This document shows positions 1 through 12,400 of a stretch of 64,000 nt of DNA, one piece after another. Source of the DNA: Rhizophagus irregularis (taxonomy: Eukaryota); assembly GCF_026210795.1 (NCBI RefSeq), contig NC_089432.1, positions 5,704,001 through 5,768,000 on the forward strand, written 5' to 3'. The position numbers and the translations under genes are program-made. Positions within the stretch are counted from its first letter, which is position 1. Each line of letters opens with the position of its first letter. The notes below the pieces were generated by a model. That model worked only from the letters and a program-made list of their open reading frames with translations, was not told where the DNA came from and did not search any database.

Positions 1-1094
1 CCGATTTTTATAAAAATGCGAAAAATCGAATAGCCGTCCATCTAGTGATCGTACAAAGTCGAGCCATATATCATTGGATTCGTCTCGACGAGACGCGTCG
101 AATGGTGGTAAGATCATGTCTCTAGCATCGAAAGATCACACGTTAACCCACGCTAAATTATTTATAAATAATTGGAATTAGCAAGCTATCTATCGATGCT
201 AGAGACATGATCTTAGCATCATTCGACGCGTCTCAGTGAGACGAATCCAATGAATATAAATTCGCTCGTGTATGACCACTGGATGGCGAATAATATCAAG
301 TTTCGCATTTTTTTAAAATTTTTGAGCGTTAAAAATTAAAAATTCTGATACATGAATTTATTCGTCGTCCAATGGTCGTACAAATATAAATTAGGACTCA
401 TTGGATTCGTCTTAATGAGACGAGTCGAATGGTGGTGAGATCATGTCTCTAGCATCAATAGATCGTAAGTTAATTCACGCTAAATGATTTATAAAAAATT
501 GGCATTAGCAAGCTATCTATCGATGCTAGAGACGTGATCTTACCACCATTCGACTCGTCTCATTGAGACGAATCCAATGAGTCCTAATTCATATTTGTAT
601 AACCATTGGACGACGAATAAATTCATGTATCGGAATTTTTAATTTTTAACGCTCAAAAATTTTAAAAAAATGCGAAACTTGATATTATTCGCCATCCAGT
701 GGTCATACACGAACAAATTTATATTCATTGGATTCGTCTCACGGAGACGCGTCGAATGGTGCTAAGGTCATGTCTCTAGCATCGATAGATAGCTTGCTAA
801 TTCCAATTATTTATAAATAATTTAGCGTGGGTTAACGTGTGATCTATCGATGCTAGAGACATGATCCTACCACCATTCGACGCGTCTCGTCGAGACGAAT
901 CCAATGATATATGGCTCGACTTTGTACGATCACTAGATAGCTGGCTATTCGATTTTTCGCATTTTTATAAAAAATCAGATTAAACCGAACCAAACCGCCG
1001 GTTTTTCGGTTCTAATACCCGAACCGAACCGAACCGAATTTTGAGCCTGTTTTGGATCGGTTCCCCGGTTTAGCCCGAACCATTCGGAGCTTTA
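1..1094. mobile_element. Right part of a non-autonomous palindromic DNA transposon (hAT-like terminus)
   Basis: Positions 1-977 form a near-perfect inverted repeat centred near 490 with six copies of a GTCTC-NNN-GAGAC module. This is followed by subterminal (AACCG)n repeats and the end CCGAACCATTCGGAGCTTTA, which reads TAAAGCTCCG on the minus strand and resembles hAT termini. The left end lies outside the window. Confidence 0.7.
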
Positions 1095-1099
1095 ACTAA

Positions 1100-1890
1100 A
1101 ACACTCATTACAAATCATTTGAGTAGTATATCCTTTGCATTTCATAGAACGAACACAATTACCTTGATTGAATTAATAAAAAATAATTAATCAAACTTTT
1201 CTTGTATTATCATACAACTAAAAACAGGATTGACTTACAATTACGATCAATTTTCCATACTGCTTCTGCATATAATTAACGATTTAACTGACATTTTTGT
1301 GAACAATCCAATTTCTTACGTGAAAAATTACTTGGAAAAAGATTTGGAAAAAGTTCTTTTGCAACAACTTCAACTCTTCTGATTCCACCAAATTAAGCAG
1401 GAGTACGACTGATATATTTACAGATAACATTAGATCAGTATTAGATCTAAGTTCAGGACAAGATTTTTTGATAAAGTTATCATATCATCATCACTTAAAA
1501 TTTTATCTTCACAATTATTTTCCACATCACTTATTTCGTCAACATTAAACAAATCATCATCATTCATTTTTTCATCATCGTCACTTTTCCATTTTTCAGC
1601 ACTGCTAACATCATCATTTTTAATTTTTTTGATTTAAAAACTAGTTTAAAATAATTTAGGATCGACTGAACTCCTTATTTAGCCAAACATTTTTTACCAT
1701 TAACATGAATATTTAAAAAAGTTTTATCATAGTGATGACCTAGTTTGATAACTTTGCTACAATGACAAATAACTTCTTTCATTCGAACAATATGAGCACA
1801 ATATGAATGTTTTGCAAGTCTTTCTTTACTATATTTTCAAAGTAGCGGCATTTTTCAAGAAAATGTATACCAATTTTTTTTTCTGATCCA
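1100..1890 (-). pseudogene. Degenerate Cys/His-containing coding remnant, possibly transposon-derived
   Basis: Manual minus-strand translation gives LAKHSYCAHIVRMKEVICHCSKVIKLGHHY, RTPA*FGGIRRVEVVAKELFP and VRSMKCKGYTTQMICNEC, with in-frame stops. Family not securely identified. Confidence 0.4.
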
Positions 1891-2325
1891 TTTTTTATTT
1901 TTACAGAAAAGCAACGGACTAAACTAAAAAAGTATGTAACCCATTAATTATAAGACAATAATCATAAAATTAGAGTATTGTAGTGAACTTGTATAAACAA
2001 ACCTCCTTTCATAAACAAAATCCCTCATTTGTAAACAAATCTTCTATTCGATCTATAATTTTTGAAAAACATGTGAATTTTTTTTAGATAAATGTTTATT
2101 TTGCTTCGCTTTATATATACATATATATTTATTTATTTATATTATATTTTATACAAAATAAAATCTAATTTGCTTTAAAAATTATTATTATTATACAAAC
2201 AAATTTCTGACTTATCAAATAATTACCAATTGGCTATACAAATTCAAACACATGACTTATCAGAAAATTACATAGTAAGTCTATACAAAATCAGATTTCA
2301 GTATCATTATATATAATGTTTGGGG

Positions 2326-3762
2326 TAAGGATGGGTCCGCAAATGATTTTCAAATTCCGCAATATTGTGGATTTTGGAGTTGAATTGTGGTTAGTAGCCC
2401 ACAATTCTGCAATTCTAATTGCTGCCTATAACTGTAGTTTCGTATATTTATAAAAATGCCGGAACTATGAGTTCTGGCGTTTTCTTTTATTTTTTTTACA
2501 TAAAAACGCCGGTACTATGGTCCCGGCATTTTCTTTTATTTTTTTTTACATAAAAACGCTGGTACTATAGTTCCGGCGTTTTCTTTTGATTTTTTTTGCA
2601 TAAAAACGCTAGTACTATGGTCCCGGCGTTTTCTTTAGAATTTTTTTGCATAAAAACGCCAGTACTATGGTACCGGCGTTTTCTTTTGTTTTTTTTTTAC
2701 ATAAAAAACGCTGGAACTATGGTTCCAGCATTTTCTTTTAACTTTTTTTTACATAAAAATGCTGGAACTATAGTTCCGGCATTTTCTTTTAACTTTTTTT
2801 TATATAAAAACGCCGGTACTATGGTTCTGGCATTTTCTTTTAACTTTTTTTACATAAAAAATGCCGGTACTATGGTTCCGGCATTTTCTTTTAATTTTTT
2901 TTTACATAAAAATGCCAGAACTATAGGTTTCAGCATTTTCTTTTATTTTTTTTTACATAAAAATGCCGGTACTATGGTCCCGGCATTTTCTTTTGATTTT
3001 TTTTTACATAAAAATGCTGGAACTATGGGTTCCGGCATTTTCTTTTATTTTTTTTTACATAAAAACGCCAGTACTATGGGTTCTGGCATTTTCTTTTATT
3101 TTTTTACATAAAAACGCTGGAACTATGGGTTCCGGTGTTTTTTTTTTTTACATAAAAACGCCGGTACTATGGTTCTGGCGTTTTCTTTTGATTTTTTTTT
3201 ACATAAAAATGCTGGTACTATGGTTCTGGCGTTTTCTTTTAATTTTTTTATGTAAAAACGCTGGAACTATTATTTCCGGCATTTTTTTTTATTTTTTTTT
3301 TATTAAAATTGCCAGAACTATTAGTTCTGGCATTTTTTTTTTGCAGTTGTAATAAGAGAAAATGCCATTTCTGGCAGTTTTTCCAATTACCAATCCATCT
3401 TTTTCTAAAAAATAAAATCATTTTTATTTAAATTTTATTAATGAAAAATGATTTTTTTTTTATGATTAATAATAAGAGGAAATATATTTTTTAGTAGTTA
3501 AATTAAAAAATTATATTTCATTAAAAAAAAATAAGTTTTTTTTGTGGACATTCCTCAAATCTGCAAATATTCTGCAAATTCGCAAATATTCTGCAATTGA
3601 ATTGCGGTACTTTGGATATTTGCGGATTTGCAGAATATTTGCGGGATTGCAGACAATTGCGGATTTGTGGATCTGCAGATTTTAGATTTAAAAATCCGCA
3701 ATGTTCCGCAATACCGTAAATCGCAATTATTCCGCAATTACATATTTGCGGCACCATCTTTA
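2326..3762. mobile_element. Non-autonomous TIR element (hAT-like) with an internal minisatellite
   Basis: Imperfect TIRs TAAGGATGGGTCCGCAAAT and ATTTGCGGCACCATCTTTA, with many subterminal CCGCAA/TTGCGG motifs at both ends. No clean TSD seen. Confidence 0.6.
2450..3345. repeat. ~50-bp tandem minisatellite, ~18 copies, each with an internal hairpin
   Basis: Unit CATAAAAACGCCGGTACTATGGTTCCGGCGTTTTCTTTTATTTTTTTTA recurs at 2499, 2549, 2599 and onward. AAAACGCCGG pairs with CCGGCGTTTT. Confidence 0.95.
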
Positions 3763-4048
3763 ATAATGTTGATGTTAAACATTTTGTTAAATAACTTATC
3801 AGCCAGTGATCATAAAAGGATAAAACTACTACCATTCAATTCGTCTCATTGAGACAATTCTAACAAACTATGGTACATCTTTGTACGATTATTAGATGCC
3901 AAGTTATTTAATTCGTGATTCGCCGATCACGGGATGTTGATCATATATGCATGTAATAATCAAGGCAGGGATAATCAATATATTTGAACGAGTATACTTG
4001 TAACAATCTGACAACACGTTATTAAATATTATAACAAACTGTTTAAAC

Positions 4049-7000
4049 ATGTCAAAACGGTGGAAACCTTCAGTAACATTGATTGCTACTGGTATAATTA
4101 TTCCCGACTTACACTTTGGGCCTTTTTTGAGAAACTGGTGGCATGTTAGATCGTTACAGGAGAACGGAATGAAAGTAGAACAATACTATCCTTTTCGAAT
4201 TGGTATGAAAACACAGGTTGAGCTGAAAAACAGACCTTTTATTATTCGAATAGTTCAAGGAAATAAACATAACAATTTGTTACCGGGATTTTTTTGTGAA
4301 TCTTTATCTGAATCTAATGAAGAAGTTGAAAATGACCCTACTAGTGCTATTTCAAACCTCTATAAAAGAATATTTCAAACTGAAACGCGCTTTTCTGGAA
4401 CATTGGTAATGGGTATGGATGACAATGACATTCTAAGTGAAATTGTATCGGACTTGTCCTTTCTACCTTTTTCAATAAATATGCAAAAGATCAATATAAC
4501 AATACATTCAATTGGCACGTCAACAAATAAAGGAATTGGAAGTGGATTCGCATCATCCTTTATCTATACCAGGTCTAAAGAACGTGCATTATTTTTCCAA
4601 ACTGTCAATGAGAATGAAAGTTCCATTTATATTTACAAAGAAAACCAACTATCTGAAGAATTTCATGGATCAGATCCTAATAGTGTGTGGAAAAAAATGG
4701 GCATGTTAAAAGAATGGTTAGGCGAGACTTTATTTGGCTTAGATAATTCTAACGTAAAAAAAAAACTAGAACAATTGAAAAAATTTGTATGTTTTTATAA
4801 TGAATGGCACGATTATTCAAAAATGGAGCAAATATTCAGATATCATTTACAAAAAAGAACATGTAGTCAAGTTGATTGGTATTTATTATTTCGGGAATGG
4901 AAAGAAAATAATTGTCCAATAATTGAATTACATAGTCAATTAGCTTCGTTATATCCAAATGGTTATATTTTCTCAGAAAGAGAAATGAGAGCATGGCGGG
5001 CGATGTTACGTGCTACAGGATGTATCAATATAACACCATTTGATAAAGAAGAATCGGAGGTAAGCTTTTAAACAAATTTATTACTTTCAATAGCAAAAAT
5101 CTCACATTAATATTTCACGAATCTGGTAGTGATGGTAATAACTAATGATGGTGGTATATCGTGATATAAATTCTGTGATGAACAGCACATGTTAAATTTT
5201 GTTCTATTATAAATAAAAAATAATGTTCAACTAATAAATTTTCTTACCAATTATTATAGTATGAATTTTGGACGCGATCATCTGATCCTGAATCAGATAA
5301 AGCAATGATAAATATGCTTTATCAAAATGGTTTTTTACGAACAATACCAAGTAATATGTTCAATGCTACAGAAGTATTCTGGGAAAGTTTTGAGCATAGT
5401 TTGAGTTTAAATAAACGTGGCGCTAATGGAAAACAAAGAATACTTTCAATAATTGCAGATAAGTTTCCTTATAAGGAATTACAAACCAGACTTCATGTAA
5501 TTATTTTATAATTACCTATGAATAAATTTTTCGCTAGTTAATTCATTATCTTTTGTAGGTTTCTTCACATACAATTCACAATGCAAAAATACATGAACGT
5601 ATATTTGGCCATGGATGTCCAGCTGCACCTAAGCCACCAATGCGAAAAAAAATTATGCCTCAAGAGCATGAAGATCAATTCGAATGGTTCATGAGCAGTA
5701 AAGAAAATGTGAATTTAAGTTCTTACAAGGTCGATGCCAAAACAGGGTTGCCATTAAAATACCTTAGTGATCAGAAAGAAGCTCTTTGGGAAAAATTTCA
5801 CAAATTGTACCCTGAAGGAATGAAGAGATCAGCATTTTTGGAAAGATTGAGAAATGGACCATTTGTATATCAAGAGGATTTGGGCGGACTTTGTAGTACT
5901 TGTAGTACGTATGGATATGATGTATTTAAGGATTTGGCGAATCTAATTATACAAAATATTGAAAATCAAGAACTACAGGTATTATTCCGTCCAATTTTTG
6001 TTTCTATAATTATAAATATTCAAAACTAATAACAAAATTGTAAATTAGACGCGTTTACTTAAAAGTATTGAAAATTCTAAACGATTTCTCAAACGTGATT
6101 ATCCAAAACACTTACATGTGACATGTGATGGAAAAGTATCGCATGACCCTTGTATTAATCATTGCCTACCATTTGCATTTGGTAATTGTAATGAGGATCA
6201 TATATCAGAGTGTGTTGAATATAACGAAATCTTCAATTTATATGAGGAATTGCGATTATTACTTGGAGATGAACAACAAGAAACATTGAGAGAATTTCAG
6301 GAAATGCTAGAATACTACCTTGCGCACCTAACAAGAAAAGGGTATTTGAACAGTCAATTCAATGCAAATCTTTTGCAACTTAATAACGATGGTATTCTTA
6401 TTGTGGTGGACTATAAGATGCGAATACTACCAAAACGAATTCGAGAAACAAAACAAGACTTCTATGCAAAACGTGGATGTGCACTGCATACTGTTTTGGT
6501 ATATTCTAAAAATCAAGAAAGCAACGAATTAGAAATTCAAGCATTTGACCATTGGTCAAATGATAATAGACAGGACGCATGGTTTACTGCTTCATCCTTT
6601 GATGCAGTATTTACCTTACTCGATCCAAAGCCAAAATGGGTTATCGTAATAAGTGATAATGGCTCACACTACCATTGTTCAGAAACAATGGCATTGGTTT
6701 CAAAATGGGCAGAATGGTATAATATTGAATGTAAAAAGTGGTGTTTTTTAGAGGCAGGCGAAGCTAAAACCTCAATTGATAGTCACCATGCACAAGTAAT
6801 AATCATATTTACTTTGCTTTTTTTGACAAATATATTCATTCAAGCAATTCTCATCTCTTTTAATTCAATCAATCTAAGATCTCACATGCTATTAAGAGAT
6901 ATGTTCGATTAGGGTTTGATTTAACTACTGGTGAAGATATTGAAAAGGCATTAGATGGTTTAAGTGGTACAGCAATAGCTTACTTGAAACCTAATCGTGA

Positions 7001-7905
7001 TCAAAGGAGTCAAAGTAATGTTAAAACTATACCAGGAATTTCTAATTGGTTTGAATGGTCTTGGCCAACGGAGGGTCCCTTAGCTGGATATATTTGTGCA
7101 CGCGACCTTCCCAATTTTGGAGAAATGATGACTTTTTCTGTGAGTAAATTTACTAAAACAGAACTTGTACAGCCTGAACCAATGGTGGGTGAACATTCCA
7201 AGGCTTCTTTAAAATGGACAATGCCAATATATCGAGCTTCAGGCAAGCTTATTTTTTCAATGGCATTAATGGCGTTTCAATTTAATAGATCACACTTATT
7301 GTATGATTCATTTGAACAATTTTCATTTGGTAGTGACAAATACTAATCATTGGGATTTAAGAAGATGGACAGTTGATAAATTAAAAGATGAATTGAACAG
7401 AAGAAATATTCATTTTGATATTGGTATGGGACGAGGTGAATTAGTGAATTTGTTGAAGCAAGAAATAGGAGAAGAATCACAAATTGGTGAAGAATCAAGA
7501 GAAGATTTCTCAAAAACAGATATAGATGAGTGAGTAAAAATTGGTTTTATTATGTAAAATAATTGATCAAATGCTCAAAAACTTTCAAAATATAATAGGA
7601 ATCAAATATTTCACCTACAACTTGGATGGGCACTTAAATGCAATCAGAAATATGGTAAAAAAGGCAGTGGAAAAAGACTAGTAAAAGAAGTAGTAATGGC
7701 GTTAACTCACTTTTTTATGGTTGGACAACGTGATCCTAGTGACCGATACACTGCAAAGGATATGCTGGATGGGTTGAAAGAAATGGCAGAGAATGGCGAA
7801 ATTACAACTGAAGTAATACCTTCTCTAAAAACGATAGAAAATTGGATTACTAGATATTCAAGTTTATCGAAAAAAGAACATGCAGAACGGTTTTTAGAAG
7901 AATAA
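4049..7905 (+). CDS. Sola3-type DDD transposase, 7 exons, ~1,090 aa, with N-terminal FYR-like repeats and a SAP/LEM-like motif
   Basis: Motifs VVDYKMRILPKRIRETKQDFYAKRG, QDAW, VISDNGSHYH, FLEAGEAKTSIDSHH and C-terminal GWALK match the Sola3 pattern. Exons at about 4049-5059, 5260-5496, 5559-5978, 6049-6795, 6879-7242, 7334-7529 and 7599-7905 splice in frame without stops. Intron 7243-7333 is GC-AG. Confidence 0.8.
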
Positions 7906-8449
7906 ATGCATTGATAAATAAATTGCGAATAAAAGATTGTAATAAATTTTACATTTTAAAATTGGTTATCCCGGACAACCAATAGTTTTGCTACAATGAA
8001 AAATACCTTTTTTGATAATATGAAATTTGCGTTTGACTTTCAGAAATTTCAATAAAAATTTGCCAAAAATAAACAAAATATGACTTTTTTATCTTTTTTT
8101 TTATTATTAGAACAAGTTTATTAAAATATAACCCCAAAATTTGAACAAATATTAGAATTGTAAAGATCGAAATTATGAAAGAGCCTATATATTAGAGGCA
8201 ACAATCTGACATTGTCCACTAATAAACTTTTTGAAATTAAAAAACAAAATTATCGAAAAGTCATTTTGATTGAAACATGTGGTTATGGTGACGTATTTAC
8301 AAAAAGGAAGTGGCTGAAAATTGCATATAAATTTGTGTTACTTATTGGCTAATTTCCGTAATTTTCCAGAATTAATTAGTGATCGGCGAAATTTTTGCCC
8401 CACGTTATACTGAGAATTTTATGTTACTGATCAGCGAATCACGAATTAA

Positions 8450-8694
8450 TATATTCTTTATATAACTGTGATATAAACGGTTCTTTTTAATACAGTCAAC
8501 TCCCTCTATAGTCACTCACGTTATAGTCATATTCTACTATATAGTCACACCAGTTGAATGTTCAAAACACTTTATTATTAAAATCTATTTTATATAGTCA
8601 CAATCTATCCATAGTCACTATCACACCTATCCTATACCTCAAAAATCTTATATTAAAAAGAACCGTTTATAATCACAGTTATATAAAGAATATA
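8450..8694. mobile_element. MITE inserted at TTAA in the right Sola TIR, itself carrying a pogo-like end
   Basis: TIR TATATTCTTTATATAACTGTGAT(T)ATAAACGGTTCTTTTTAATA and its reverse complement, with TTAA on both sides. An internal TA|CAGTCAACTCCCTCTATAGTCAC lies near 8492. Confidence 0.65.
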
Positions 8695-9475
8695 TTAAAT
8701 AACTTGGCATCTAATAATTGTACAAAGATGTATCATAGCTTATTAGAATCGTTTCACTGAGACGAATCGAATGGTGGTAGTTTTATCTATTTCCGATCAC
8801 TGGCTGATGAGTTATTCAACAAAATGTTCAACATTAGCATTATAATATTTCTTGATTTACGTTTACAGTCAACTCCCTCTATAGTCACTCCCGTTATAGT
8901 CACATTCTACTATATAGTCACACCAGTTGAATGTTCAAAACACTTTATTATTAAAATTTATCCTATATAGTCACAATCTATCTATAGTCACTATCACACC
9001 TATCCTCAAAAATCTTATATTAAAAAAACCGTTTATAATCACAGTTATATAAAGAATATATTAAATAACTTGGCATCTAATAATCGTACAAAGATGTATC
9101 ATAACTTGTTAGAATTGTCTCACTGAGACGAATCGAATGGTGGTAGTTTTATCCTTTTCCTGTGCAAACAGTCTTATGACTTTATCTTTTATTTATATTT
9201 TAACATCGAAAATATGATCGAACAATATTACAAAAATAAGAAAATAGACTAATAAAAAATAAAAAGAGTAGCTTCACTACTCATACAAGTAAAGAAATCT
9301 AAACTAAAATAATTTAAAGCAAAGAAAAACTAGACTATTACAGAATTGCATACCCCAACTTTACCCGAAAGCCAGTGTAAGTCAACTATCCAACATCCAA
9401 AAATCCAGTCTGTTACCAGAAAGAAATCCTAAAAGGTTGAACTGTTAAGCGGCGCAGAAAATCCAAGTGCGAGAT

Positions 9476-12400
9476 TCATGATCCACCCCAAATTATAGAA
9501 GAGGATATCCAAGAAATCCAGGAATCCTGAGAAACTGACGCCAAAGAAGAGTTGTGAAACTGTGAAGAAATAGCAGTAGAAGGAGGTTTTGGAGGTGGGC
9601 CACGTAATTTGGAAGCAGCCGAGATACCCTGTGACTCTTCCCAAGCATGGAAAAGAACATTTTGACATAACCAAATTTCACCATATAGTTCGACCTGGAA
9701 GTCGTTAAGAAGAGGAGAAATAGTCTTGTATATAACAGAGAGAGAAAAGTATTGTTTCAGAAACGTCATCAAATGCACAGATAACAATCCTCTAGTAAGC
9801 CAAAGACAGGATGGAGAAGGAGTTTCATAGTTCCAACAATCTAGAGCAAAGAATTTAATTTGGAAAGTAGAATCCAAAGGGTTCAATGATAAGAATGAGG
9901 ATAAACACGAATCTCTGAATTTAATAACTTCAGAACGATGTGTTAAACATGGATTAAGTTCCGGAAGGATATAAGGACAAGTCCACAAATGATTTAAATC
10001 TTCAGGAGCAGAATTGCATTGTGGACAAAGCCAATCCGGAGAATATAAATAAGGCTTGCGTTGTTGAAGAGTAGTTAAAGTAGGCAGTATATCCAAAAGA
10101 AGTTTGATACAGAAGATCCAAAATTCAGGACGACCATTCTTATGTGAAGCAAAACCTTTGATTTGTGAAAGGCAAAAATGTATACCAGCCCAATCAAAAA
10201 GTGAAGGAGGGCCAAGAGCAGTGAATCGTGCCATTGAACAGAAGGATAAAAGAGCGCGAGCATCCGCTATAGAGCGGAGGAAGTGATGAATATTCATATC
10301 AATAGGCAAGGAATTAAAAGTTAATAAGCATAGGACGTGACAAAATGCCAAAGGTGAGACGGTAGGTTGCAAAGACAAATGAGCATCTTTTGCCAGAGAA
10401 TCCACTTGAATATTGTAGAGGTCATCTCCATGAGCAGGGACTTTAATCAAATCGACTATAAGGTTACGATCTTTGACGAGCTGTTGAATGGAAAGCCATA
10501 AAAGGTGATTGTGTTCACGAAACAACTTCGGTGAGAAGGGGACATCAACAAAGCGTTTCCATAGTGAAATTAACTGACTGCAATCAGTATAAATAGAGAT
10601 TGAAGAGCCATAGGAAAGAGCATTTAGTCCTAATACAACAGCATAGATTTCAGAACGTAGGGCTGAAGGAAGACATAAAGGAAGTTGCAAAGATGAAGAT
10701 TCAAGAATAAGCCCATCATTGTCAAGGGCAAGCCAGGCAGAGGTCATGGAAGGAGGTGAAGAGTCTGTAGCAACATGAAAGGAACCATCGGTATACAAAG
10801 ACTGCACAGAAAGTGGCAAAACATCATCTTCAGTCTTATCCTTAAAAGAAGGAGAGAGGGCGGAAGAAGTAGGTAAAGATGGTTTGGTCAAATGAACAAG
10901 AGCCAGAGAAGTAGCATAACTCCATGAAGTAGATAAGGTTATGGGAAGGTAAGCCGCAAATACTTTAGCGTTTCTGGTAGGATAGCCTACAGTTTCTGAT
11001 AGGATTACATTAAAAAAACACTTCTCGCTATTACAGCGTTGCTTGATTGCAGATTTCTTGGATAAAGCGGGGATATTAAAGGAACATCCAGGACAAGGAT
11101 TGTAAGATCGTTCATCAGCAGAAGAAGATACAGGGAGCCAATGAGACATGATAGCAGAGTCCTGTTTCTTGTAGGTGATACAGACACGGCCCACAGATAA
11201 AGTTTGGGTAGCAGAATTAAGATTAATAGCCCATTGAGGATAAAAATGATAATCTTTAACAGTATGATCTAATAAACAAGGAGAAGCTAAAGTAAAAGAA
11301 AAATTAATAAAATACGAAGACAACAATAAAGAAGAAAAGGAGGAAGAAAGAAAATTGTTTATAATAAAATTAAACCAAGTAGAAATCCGTTTTTTACGAC
11401 CAACGATACCAAGGTATCGAAGGTCAGGCCAATTCATAAGATAACGTCCACAAGGAGAAGCCAACTGGGCAAAAACAAAAAGATTCAAATTTTTCCAGAG
11501 TTTCCAAGCAGTCTGAAAAATTGAATGCGGTAAAATGGATCGGAGTGGCAAAGCTGGTTGTAAATCCTGCCTCGGAGGTCAGAAAGGGAGAGACCACGTG
11601 ATATTCAAACGCGAAGAAAACAATAATGAATTAAACAAAGTATGCGTTCAAAGAGAAATGACTTGTGACCAAGGTTCCAAGTTAATAATAGTCGGGCAAC
11701 TTTCAGCACCCAAATATCCTTGAAGATAGGAGATAGCATAGAGGGCAAAATCTTTAAAGTCAGGATGTGTGAATATTTTTTGCCATGATGCAATATGGGA
11801 GGAGAGAAACCGATAAAAAGCATTCTGAATTGAGAAGGGAAGTTTAAGAAATAACAAGGCCAACGGGGTAGTCGCAGCAAGTCCAGCTTTTCTTCTAAGT
11901 ATTGAAAACATAGGCTTGACTATTGATTGAATAGTACTTTCAGAGAAAAGGGTAGTTTGAAGATGAAATTCCAATCGCGGAAGAAGGACAGCGTTATAGA
12001 GATAAACCACATATTGTGCTAATAATTTCTTCGGACTAAGAAGAGCAGCCATATCTTTAACCATGGAGCGCGCTTGTTTAAGAACGAAATCAGAAGAGGC
12101 GGACAAGGAAAACCAAACTCCTAAAAAATGAAATGAAGTATTAAAAGGTAAAGAAGAAAGGAAAAGAAAAGTAGTGGGGACTATAGAAGAAGGTGAAAGT
12201 TCAAAAGTAATCTTCGAAGAAGGCGAAGAGGATGAAAGAAGAACATATTTTGCTGAATTGGCTTGAACATTATTTAAAGTATAAAATTCAGCAGTAATAG
12301 AGAGACGATCTTCTATTCCAGATTTTGAAGAAGCAATAAGTGTAGAAACATTAAATGTGAAATTGGTAATGAATGTTGTTCAAATTCAAGTGGAGAATAA

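Larger units (their letters stand above)
3762..8864 (+). mobile_element. Sola3-like DNA transposon with long TIRs (left TIR truncated, right TIR interrupted)
   Basis: 3762-3930 is the reverse complement of 8428-8449 plus 8697-8845 (e.g. TTAATTCGTGATTCGCCGATCA vs TGATCAGCGAATCACGAATTAA; CAGCCAGTGATC vs GATCACTGGCTG). These repeats flank the transposase gene. Confidence 0.75.

Noticed and set aside
2450..3345. CRISPR-like array of palindromic repeats, and ORFs 2596-3111 and 2963-3352
   Set aside because: There are no unique spacers and no cas genes, and the context is eukaryotic. The ORFs are translations of the minisatellite.
3521..3852. Cys-rich short ORFs
   Set aside because: They arise from TTGCGG/CCGCAA subterminal repeats of the TIR element.
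5140..5200. Possible intronic snoRNA in transposase intron 1
   Set aside because: A TGATGA box is present but no downstream box D CTGA or recognisable guide within the intron.
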